From Antedon mediterranea (taxonomy: Eukaryota; Animalia; Echinodermata): a DNA stretch of 64,000 nucleotides. Below, in pieces: positions 13,701 through 25,700 of the stretch (positions are counted from its first letter, which is position 1; each line of letters begins with the position of its first letter). The notes below the pieces were generated by a model. That model worked only from the letters and a program-made list of their open reading frames with translations, was not told where the DNA came from and searched no databases. Position numbers and translations under genes: made by a program. The stretch is taken from NCBI RefSeq assembly GCF_964355755.1, contig NC_092670.1:14866795-14930794 (forward strand). The letters are read 5' to 3'.

Positions 13701-16700
13701 AAACGAACTAGAATCAATCTATGAAATTAGAACACGTGGCTCACTGATTCGATCCAAAGCCCGTTGGATAGAAGAAGGAGAAAAAAGCACGAAATATTTT
13801 CTTAATTTAGAGAGGAGGAATTATAATAAAAAGCATATAACTAAAATTACAACAGATAATGGAGACATAACTAACCCCGACGATATAATAAATGAAGAAA
13901 AACGATTCTATGAATCATTATATAGTTTTGAAGGCGAAAATAACAATGTCAACCCTGCTGATATTTTTGACAAGATACACATAGATAAAATCAATAAAGA
14001 TGATGAATCTATATGTGACCAGCCCCTTAGAGATACAGAATGTTTAGAAGCATTAAAGGCGATGGATAACAATAAAACCCCTGGGACAGATGGTTTTCCT
14101 GCCGAGTTTTATAAACTATTTTGGAATGATATAAAAGATACGCTAATTAACGCTTACCATTATTCTTTCCAATCCGGGTTTTTAAGTATCTCCCAGAAAC
14201 GAGGGGTGATATCACTTATACCGAAAAAAGATAAATCTCCGCTATTATTGAAAAACTGGCGTCCCATCTCGCTTTTAAATGTGGATTATAAAATTTTAGC
14301 AAAAGCCATTGCGACTCGTTTAAAATGTGTGCTGCCATCAGTAATTAATCCTGATCAAACGGGCTTTCTTAAAGGCAGATATATTGGAGAAAACATAAGA
14401 TTAGTCTATGATGTAATAAAATATGCAGAAATGCACAACAAGCCAAACTTACTATTTTTTGTAGATTTTGAAAAGGCTTTCGATAAGGTGAAATGGGACT
14501 TCCTTGATATGTCTCTTAAGAGATTTGGCTTTGGTAAAAATATGATAAATTGGATAAAAATATTATATAAAGACATTGTTAGTTGCGTTATAAATAACGG
14601 GGTAACATCAAAATTCTTCAATTTAAAACGAGGCCTGCGTCAAGGATGTCCCTTATCCCCATATCTTTTTATAATTTGTGCAGAAACACTAGGTAACATG
14701 GTACGTCAATCAGACACATTTAAAGGTATAGAGTACAATAATGTAGACATAAGAATTAGCCAATTTGCAGATGACACTGTGTTTTTTCTCAAAGACCAAA
14801 ACTCAATTAAACCGATTATAGATATACTGGATGAATTTTCTATATATTCTGGACTCAGAATTAATTATGAAAAAAGTAACATTATGAGAATAGGATCGTT
14901 AAGAAACTGCGACTATAAAACGCCATCTGAGAAAAGTATTTCATGGACCAAAGGCCCAGTAAAATACTTGGGTGTCAATATTTCTTGTAATTTTAATGAT
15001 ATTTTCAGACTCAATTTTCCAGATAAGGCTAAAAATGCTGAACAAGTATTAAATATGTGGAAACAACGCTCACTTACTCTGTTTGGAAAAGCAACTATTA
15101 TTAAGTCACTGTTTCTCCCGATATTCACGTATGTTTTCTCAAATTTACCAGACCCACCCGATTGTTTCCTTCAAGATATTCAAAGTAAAATTTTTAAATT
15201 TATATGGAACGGAAAACCCGATAAAGTCAAAAGAAAAGTCATGCTTAACAATTTTGACGAAGGAGGGTTAAAAATTCCCCATATTAAGAGTTACTGTACA
15301 TCTCTCAAATCATGTTGGGTGAAAAGATATCTTGATGGAAATCAATCCAAGTGGAAAGTGTTTTTAAAAAGTAAGATTAAAGAGGTTGGAGGAAATATTG
15401 TTTTCGAAACCAACTTTTCTAAATCTTCAAAAATATTAAAACAATTTGAAAGGTTCCATAAAGATATACTCTCTGCGTGGAGTGAATACAATTTTGTAGA
15501 ACCGTATACGATAGAGGACATCTTAAATCAATCTTTATGGAACAACTCATGTTTTGATGATAAAAGAGAATTTAAAGTTGAAAAAAATTGGTTGGTTAAA
15601 AATGTAAACTATGTAAAAGATATCGTGAACAAAGAAGGGAAAATATTAGAACTAGACGAATTTAACCAAAAATATAATTTTAAACCAGACTTCTTATTAT
15701 ATCACCAGATTGTAAATTCAATTCCAAAGCTCTGGAAACAGAAATTAATTGAACAAGGTATAAACACAACTAATGAAGTTGAATCCAAATTACAGACATT
15801 CATTTCTGTGAAAACGAGAAATTGTCATTATATCTATAAACACATTATATTAAAAAATGTTGAAGAGCCAATTGGAATTGAATCCAAATGGGAAAAGGAG
15901 TTTGACAACAAACTTAATTGGAAAAACCTTTTCTCAAATTTACACGCCTGTACAAATGACACTAAGCTAAAAAATTTTCAATTTAAATTTATTCATCGTA
16001 TAATTTATACAAATACAATGCTCTTTAAGATGTCAAAGGTCGATTCACCAATGTGTAGTTTTTGTAAGGAAAAGCAGGAAACACTGCTACATATGTTCTT
16101 TGAATGTGATCTGGTAAAGAACATTTGGGAAAATGTAAAACAATATATGTATCGAAATATCAACAATAACTTAATTATCACCAAAGAAAGTATATGTTTT
16201 GGTTTTGGAAAAACACACAGTGATGCAAACATTTTAATTTTAATTACAAAGTGGTACATATTTAGTTGCAAAATCAAAAAACAATTACTTAATTATAATC
16301 ATTTATTTCACATTTACCAAAAATACAAGGCAACCATATTATTAGCAAAATGATTATTATTAAGTGTATTTTTGCGATACATTATTTTTTTTTTCTTTAA
16401 TTTCATTACTCTCTTATTTTTGAGAGAGTATTATATCGTTTTAATTGTTACGTTGCCTTTATATATTAATTTTGTATTATGTATGTGATGAAATGAAATA
16501 AAGAAGATAAAGTATAATAATTATATTTTTCTTGATTTTTAACATTATTTCAACACCTTTATTGTACTTTATTGTATTTTACAGTCTTGTATTGTAGGCT
16601 ATTTTATATTATATATATATATATTTTATATATTTGACAATAAATGCTGTGCAAGCAGCACATTCATTCATTCATTATATACTTAATTATAATTAATTAA

Positions 16701-19700
16701 TAATTGATCATACTATATGTTCACACTAGTTCAAAAATGTCTCTGCCTTCTGGATCCCATTGGAAATATGGTTTTCTAATCATCCAAGTAATGTTTCTTA
16801 ACTTTATAAGCTTGTATCAATATGTTTTAATGTTCCATTTGAATTCAAAATGAATCAAATAATCCATGCTTTGCAACCTATGCCTTGTCAGTTAGTTTGC
16901 ATAGATAGTAGCACTTTTATGGGTATGACAAAATGTATTACTGAATCGAAGCCAGAATATCAATGTCGATTTTTCTTTACAGTACCACCAACTTCATTTA
17001 CTACAACAGTAACAACTACAACCGAAGTACCAATAACTACACTAATAAGTACAACTGAAGTACCAACAACTACACCAATAGGTACAACTGAAGTACCAAC
17101 AACTACACCAATAGGTACAACTGAAGTACCAACAACTACACCAACAAGTACAACTGAAGTACCAACAACTACACCAACAAGTACAACTGAAGTACTAACA
17201 ACTACACCAACAAGTACAACTGAAGTAAAAACAACTACACCAACAAGTACAACTGAAGTACTAACAACTACACCAACAAGTACAACTGAAGTAAAAACAA
17301 CTACACCAACAAGTACAACTGAAGTACCAACAGCTACACCAACAAGTACAGCTGAATTACCAACAACTACTCCAACAAGTACAGCTGAATTACCAACAAC
17401 TACAACAAGTACAACTGAAGTACCAACAGCTATAACAAGTACAACTGAAGTAAAAACAACTACACCAACAGGTAAATAAACTAATTGTATTAATCGTTAT
17501 ATCAACATCTTAAATTAATGAATTTAGACAATAGTACATAAAGTTTACTATGGTTCTACTGTTCAGTAGCGTGTTTCTTAAATGAGTGATTGGATGGACA
17601 AAACAAAACCTAGGCCCAATTGGAATGACTTAGAGAGATTGGAAACCACTTTTTTCTTAATTTCTGATGTCTCAGGTGTGTTTACACATCATTTTCAAGA
17701 ATCTACCTAAATCTTTTTCTTTTTGCAGAATCCAGACATTGTTGCTGGAGCGATTGGATGGACAGTATGAAACCTGGGCCAGGCAAGTGGAATGACTTGG
17801 AGAGATTGGAACAACTAAGTAAAATGTATGGTGTATGTGTCGATCCTTCGAAAATTGAATGTAGAACAAAAGGCAGTAATATCCCGTATAGTCTAACTGG
17901 CCAACAAGTAACTTGTGATACTAATTACGGATTGGTATGTATAAGCCCACCTCGACCAGCACCAAAATGTTATAATTATGAGGTGAGAGTGTGTTGTAGA
18001 TGTATTACAACAGCTACAATGAATGTACTAACAACTACACCAACAAGTACAACTGAAGTACCAACAACTACACCAATAGTTACAACTGAAGTACCAACAA
18101 CTACATCAATAGGTACAACTAAAGTACCAACAACTACACCATTAAGTATAACCGAAGTACCAACAACTACACCAATAAGTACAACTAAAGTACCAACAAC
18201 TACACCAATAATTACAACTAAAGTACCAACAACTACACCAACAAGTACAACTGAAGTACCAACAACTACACCAACAAGTACAACTGAAGTACCATCAACT
18301 ACACCAACAAGTACAACTGAATTACCAACAACTACTCCAATAAGTACAACTGAATTACCAACAACTACTCCAATAAGTACAACTGAATTACCAACAACTA
18401 CTCCAATAAGTACAACTGAATTACCAACAACTACTCCAATAAGTACAACTGAATTACCAACAACTACTCCAATAAGTACAACTAAATTACCAACAACTAC
18501 TCCAATAAGTACAACTGAATTACCAACAACTACTCCAATAAGTACAACTGAAGTACCAACAACTACACCAACAAGTACAACTGAATTACCAACAACTACT
18601 CCAATAAGTACAACTGAATTACCAACAACTACACCAACAAGTACAACTGAAGTACCAACAACTACTCCAATAAGTACAACTGAATTACCAACAACTACTC
18701 CAACAAGTACAACTGAATTACCAACAACTACTCCAACAAGTACAACTGAAGTACCAACAACTACTCCAACAAGTACAACTGAAGTACCAACAACTACTCC
18801 AACAAGTACAACTGAAGTACCAACAACCATAAGTACAAATACAATGCCAACAGCACCAATTGCACAACATTTTGTTTGTAACTTTTATTGTGATACTTTT
18901 GATCTATTTGATAAAACCACATATGTCAACAAAGTCTGTGATAGCATCATTACAAAACAAGTTGGTGAAGACGCGTCATTTGAAGTTAAAGGTAGTGTGT
19001 TTCTTTTAAGATTACAAACATTTGTTATATTTGAAAATTACTATTAGGTAAGTACTAGTACTACTAGGTTAATACAAAATCTGTCATCGAAAAAATGGAT
19101 AGAGAAAAAACTGTTTTCTTTCTAGTACGCAGACCAACCACAAATAATGATTCATGCTGCCATTGTAAATTTGAAGTTGAGGTGAATATTGGCACTTATT
19201 CTATTGTTATACTGGATGACAAGTTCAGAATAAACTCTGTACCCTACAGTAGAACCTCGCTTTCAGCATTCAGTCAGATATTGAAGAAAGAGATTGGTGC
19301 AACTATCAAAGTGGTAGGTTTTTTTTAAATTTTTTATAGTTAGCTACAATTCATTAATCCGTAGAAATATCTTGCTAAATGTTTATAATGTTACCTACTC
19401 TGAATCAATAATTTATGAAAAGTAGATTGTCATGCTGTAGATTAAATTCAATGTACTTAGAACTGAAATGTAATATACATGACTAAAGCTAGCAATTTAA
19501 TTTTCAGGATATTTTTTATTTAACCATCATTACCAAAGTTCATTTTTTTCCTGCAATATTTTGGTCGTGACTTTTCTCTAAAACTTGTAAACATATAACA
19601 TTTGGTAACTTAGTCAGCATATAGACATGTACATAACGTATTGTGCAGTTAGGACGGCAGAGTTTTCGCAGCCTGACTTGCGCCTGGTTTTATGAAATTA

Positions 19701-22700
19701 TTTAACTGATCATAAAATAAAAACCCATGACTCCATCTATCTATATATAAATTTACGTAAGGGCAAAATTCGGTAAATCACGCGTTATTTCTAGAATGTT
19801 TACTCGATGGTATATAAAGTTGGTTCGTACTTTCGGTACTGATTTTAACCACCTGATGTAACCCTGTTTACTAATTAAATTGAATTCGATAATTAGTTAT
19901 TGACGATTAAAACGAATTTAGGTTCAACGATTTGCCCCAAATAGGGGTGTTTTTCGATGGTGGTATACACTGTCTAATCGATGTCCGTCTTGAAAAATAC
20001 CCGCACACAATAATACGAGGACACTTCGCATTTTCCTATCTCCTCCTACGATAATTGTTTTTAATAGCTGAAAACCGGTTGAACAGTTCGAGTAAAGCAT
20101 CATAATGTTGAAGACAGGCCGATTTTCTTTAAAAAATGCTATTTTGATACATGTAGTATATGTTTTTACAAATGTATTGATTTGTGATGAATGGAACATT
20201 CCAAATTATTTGGTTTAACCATAGAGGTATAGATTTAGATTTATGGGCCCCCTTGGAGAATAAACATAAATAGTATTGCAATGCTGTACAATACTGTTAA
20301 GGTATTAACCACTTTTGATCGCAATTTGAATCGCAAATTTCTTACTGTTGGTACTGTTAGATATAATATAAACAAATATACAAATAAACTTTATTACTAT
20401 GAGTGTGGGTAGGCCCTACTGTTAGATTATAAACATATAATATACAAATAAATAAACGTTATTACTGACAGTTGCTTCTCAACGTTTGTATTAATTAATA
20501 ATTTAAAAATATATAAACGTACGTAGTGGTGTATCGTTACATGTACTTTACTATTTCAATCGAACTATGACAGTGAGAGTTTTAACAAAGTATTAAATCG
20601 TAAATGTTTTACTGTATTTAGTGGTATATTATTTATAGGCCTATAAAACATTAAAAACAATATTTCATTACTGAGTGGATAGGAATATATTTTAAAATGT
20701 TTCCTCTTTGTACCTATCTTCTTCCCCCATCCCTCAACCCTTAATGTTACATACAAAACACAAATTGGGTTTGTTTAAATGAGTCCAAATAAAAAAATTT
20801 GACTCATTTTGTTTCTCTCTCGGAAGTAATTTCCAGGGTGCTAAGTTTAGCTGACTACATAAATCATCGTGTATATTTATTCGTTTCTGTAAACGACAAT
20901 GTATTATAGTCCTGCAGTACGTACATTTGAAATCTCCATTTTTTTCTCGCTGGAAAATACTGTGTATTCGAGAACCATCTGTGGGCACGACCTAGATGGT
21001 ACGCGAGCGAAGCGAGCGTGCCATCTAGTTAAAAAAAAATGCATGATATATGTATTAGATTATGTTTCTTTGCAGAATGGAGATTTAGTTGACATTGATT
21101 CAGGCATTGGTGTAGAATTAAAATTGAAAAAAGACAGCACACACATAAGTATTAAAGTGTTGCATGCATTTGAAGGCAAACTAGAAGGTCAATGTGGAAC
21201 ACTTATAAAAGAAGGTTCAAATACTTATGTCACTACAACTCCAGAAGACGATAGGTCTACGTGTGTTTGCGATGACTTTGATTGTAAACCCTGTGATACT
21301 AAATATCCAGACATTGAAACTACTTGTGACCGCTTACGCCAATGGTAATTTCAAATTGTATCGTAATTTTATGATCTTATTAATCTGGAATTGTTTATTA
21401 GAATCTGTTGGCTTGAAAATGTCTCACCTTTACTTAAGTTCCTTTTTTAGAATCATAATGGTGTACCGCAAACATAACTTTACTATTTGTTTTTAAAGTA
21501 AACAATATGCAAAAAAGTACGATACAGTACCGTAATAATACATTTCAAACAAAGTATCTCTAAATAATATTACTCTTGTTTTTTTTTTTGTTGATTCATA
21601 CTTTCGGTACCTGATGTAACCCTATTTACTAATTAAGTTGAGTTAGATAATTAGATATTGACAATTAAAACGAATTTAGGTTCAACGATTTTTGGTTGTC
21701 GTTTGAGGAGAAAATTTCTGACTGCGAGTGTGGGTAGTGTTAGACCTAGATGGTATATGTAATTTGCTTACATATTTACCATTGATTTTGTACTTTTAGG
21801 GGTTCTAGATTTGGTTGTGGACCATATGCTGATATCAGAAAGTATGTAGAAAAGTGTAAACAATATATTTGCGATTGTGTTGAAAAGTCAAAAGTTACGC
21901 AAACAGATCCTAAATTTAATGACGTCGCAGATACCTGTGCATGTGAACAATTTCAAGAGTTTATGTATGAATGTCACAACAATGTCACAAACAATAACAG
22001 ATGCTATGATTGGCGGACGTCAGAACTATGTCGTAAGTAGATTACTGAATGTTTGTATTGATAAGCTTCTTGTCATAAAATAACCTACCTGTCGTTATTA
22101 AATTAAAATCGTCTATTAATAAAGCCATTTCCATCCCATGTACAACAAAGCAACAACAACAAAATAGAGGGAGTATTTGTCATCATCAGTTAGAACCTAC
22201 ACCTAAGCACCTACCTTTCTCTAAAACATGGACATATGATTTTCAGTTTAAGAAAATGTATTTTTATACAAGATAATTTTGTTTTCTAAAAAGCTAGCAG
22301 AAAATGCAGTGGAGATCAAATATGGAGAGAGTGTGGTACATGTGAGAGGACTTGCGGCGATCTGAAAGGGAAACTGGTGGAGGATTGTAAAACTGGAATT
22401 TCACCAGGTTGCTACTGTCCATCCAACAAGGTCAGGGACGGAGAACAATGTGTTGATAGGGATCAATGCAAAGATTGTAAGTTCCATTTTCTTTTTCCGG
22501 AATTGCCGCAAAACATTATCTCGTAATGGACACCTCTGAAACGAAAACCGAATAGTACCATAACTATCTCCCGCCACCCCGAAAGGCCTCGTCTTTTCAT
22601 TTCAGAAACTATAACAATTTTTTAAAGAGGGTCCAAGAGTGTGAAGAATCATATTTTTTCTGTCTCTCATTCGTGTCATTCATTCTTCATGCACATTCAG

Positions 22701-25700
22701 TAAATTCACAGAAATATTAAATACAAGTTTTAAAAAAAACATGGTGTTTATAAAATGCTATATTTCTTTTAAAACATAACATATTTAGTCATATATTATA
22801 TTCCTTTTTTATTTTTAAAATGCCATTTTTTTTTTCAAGGTGTTTGTACCGGATATGGTGATCCACATTATTTTACATACGATGAGAAATACTTTGCTTT
22901 CCAAGGAGAATGTACATACGTATTGTCACGTCACTCTTCACCAAACTATGACTTTGAAATCTATGCAACAAATGTGAAATGTGTAAATGCACCAACAACT
23001 TCTTGCGTGTACGATGTTGTTGCGGTTTATAACAATCACAATGTCACAATTGCCAGTCAAAGACAAGTAAGACTGGAATTATTATGTGTGTTAAATTTTA
23101 ATATCCCTGTGAGTTCAGTCTATACGTACAGTCTAACCCCACCACACCTGATATACGGCATCGGTATACACAAACCTTGAAAGTTATGAACATACTATTT
23201 TAACAATGGAACACCTTCAAATATACTTTATAATTTCTAATTTCTTAATAAACCATGACAGAATTATTTACAGGAAATACCGTTTGAAGGTACCGGCTGC
23301 CGATCATGCGTTGATGTAACTACTAAGTCATTTTTGTTCTTATGTGTTTTTGTATGAAATTATTGTAATTACCTGTGCAAATATTTCTATAATTTTTGCA
23401 GTTACAATTAAGATTTTCTTGGATTTAAAAAAAAATCAGATCTCAATAGATGGTGGCGCTTGGGTGACAGTACCTCCAAAGTACCAAGGTCATGGATTCA
23501 CAATCCAAACAAAAGGTTTCATTCAAGTTCACTTAACCATCGAGGCCATTCACTTGGAGCTAACGTATGATTATGTTAGTAATGGATTCAATGTAATGAT
23601 ACCTTCAAGCCGATACTTCAATCAAACAGAAGGTCTTTGTGGTAAATATGTATTATTCTTGTTTTTTTCGCGCCGCGCCTTTATATTCAAGAATAATTAG
23701 GTTACTGTATCACGCGAAAGCTATAATAATAGTAGGCCTACTACGGCTTGACAGGAATGAGAATGTGTAAACTTGGACTGGTAGGCCTAATGCTCATGAG
23801 TTTACTGGTTTTGGTCGGGCACTAGTTTATTACGCCTGAAGGAATTGACACTTGGAAGAGAGATTGGAATGTCACATTCATCGCCAATCAAGACTAATTT
23901 TTAAACGTGTATTAAATCTATTAAAATAGTGCTTTTTTAATAAAGTTGGTTTGTCTTCAACATTATGATGTTTTAACTCGAGCTGTTTTCTGCAATTAAA
24001 AACAAAGTGTGTAGGAGATGCAAATGCAAAGCATCATTGTATGATTGTGTGCGGGATGTTTCAGCATTGTCAACCATTAGACAGTGTATACCACGTTCGG
24101 AAAACATCCTTTGTCGGGGCAAATCGTTTAACCTAAATTCGTTTTAATTGTCAATAAATTATTATATAACTAAACTTCATTAGTGAACAGGGTTGCATTA
24201 GGTGTTCAGTACTGAAAGTATGTATCAACCATATACCACTGAGTTACTCGCGATTTACCGAACGTTGCCCTTACGTAAATATATATATAGAAGCTAAATC
24301 AACTACAGAAGGAAAACAGCATCCAATCATAATCCCCATCATCCTCAAAACAATTATATATTTAATACCTGATAGGCCCTGTTTATAAGTGAATAGAGCA
24401 TTTTATACTAAATATTTTTTAATGTTTACTAGGCCTACTGATTGACAAAAATAATTGAAAATAAATCATTATTTCTTAAATTATAAATAGAATATCAATT
24501 TTAAAAAGTTTAAAATATATGGACTGGAATCAGGAATATCTTGCCAATTACGAGGAAACAGATGATTAAATAAAAAATATTTAAGACTTTAATTGGTTCT
24601 TGCATACTGTGTTAAAAATAACTTTATCGGGATATCTACAGTTATGAACTTCAGTTTGTGCAGACTCTATAATATGGAAGTGAGCTGTCATCATCACCAG
24701 TTGGAACCTGTCCTTGATCGCTTTCTGGTTTTGCCGCCTCTTAATCAAATAATGTTGACATTTCTGCCTATTGTATGTTTTTTTTCTTACCTTTAGTGAT
24801 TCTTACCTTTAGTGATTAAAAGAGGCTGTGAGCTTAATGCTCGTAATAGTTGCCTCCTATCCTTTTGTTTATGTGAATGTCGAGGTTGTTTTTGAATGAA
24901 TTTGTGTTTGTGCTGTTAATGACATGTTCTGGTAGTGAGTTCCATTTGTTGATTGCTCTGACGTCAAAATAGGTATCTCTCCTGATGGTTTTGTATCTAG
25001 GTTTAGATAGTGTAAGTGAGTGTCCTCTGGTTATATAACCTCCGGGGTTCTGCCTTAGAGTTAAAAATGAATTTGCCTCAATGTTTACTATACCATGGAT
25101 AATTTTGAACATTTCAATGAGATCACCTCTATCTCGTCTTTTTTCGAGTGTTGGTAGCTGAAGCATGGCAAGACGCTCATCGGCGGGAAGATTCCTAAGT
25201 TCAGGTACAAATTTGGTTGCTCGGTTTTGTGCTCTTTCTAAAATCTTCTTGAGTCCAACTTGGTTAGGTAACCACACTTGTACACAGTACTCTAAGAGTG
25301 GACGAATTAGCGTTTTATACAATGGGATGAACATCTCTTTATCTAAGTAAATGAAGGTGCGCCTAATCATTGCAATTCTGCCATTAGCTTTTGCGACAAT
25401 CTTGTTTACGTGGGTTTTGAATTTGAAATCTGTAGTAACAGTTATTCCCAGATCACTTTGCTCAGTCACAGATGCAAGATAAGTGTCACCAAGACGATAT
25501 GTATGATTAGGATTTTGCGACCTCATATGTACAACATTACACTTTGTCTCATTGAACTGGAGAAGCCAGCGTTTACTACATGTGTTGAGTTTGTCAAGGT
25601 CTTTTTGAAGCATTTGGACATCATTTTCAGAGCGTATGCGGCGATATACTTTTGCATCATCCGCAAATAACTTGCCGTTGGAGTTGATTGAGTCAAGAAT

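Larger units (their letters stand above)
11236..16504 (+). mobile_element. Full-length L1/Tx1-group non-LTR retrotransposon in a mucin intron
   Basis: 14-bp TSD AGATAAAGTATAAT at 11222-11235 and 16505-16518; two uninterrupted ORFs; AATAAA at 16497-16502. Confidence 0.93.

Noticed and set aside
13323-16277. Several short minus-strand ORFs within the LINE
   Set aside because: Antisense to ORF2 with no recognisable motifs
16636-16676. AATAAA + (CATT)n as the 3' end of the L1/Tx1 element
   Set aside because: Lies outside the exact 14-bp TSD; more likely the tail of a separate older retroelement
17976-18830. 284-aa Val/Gly-rich ORF on the minus strand
   Set aside because: Antisense shadow of the Thr/Pro mucin repeat; the repeat simply lacks stops on that strand
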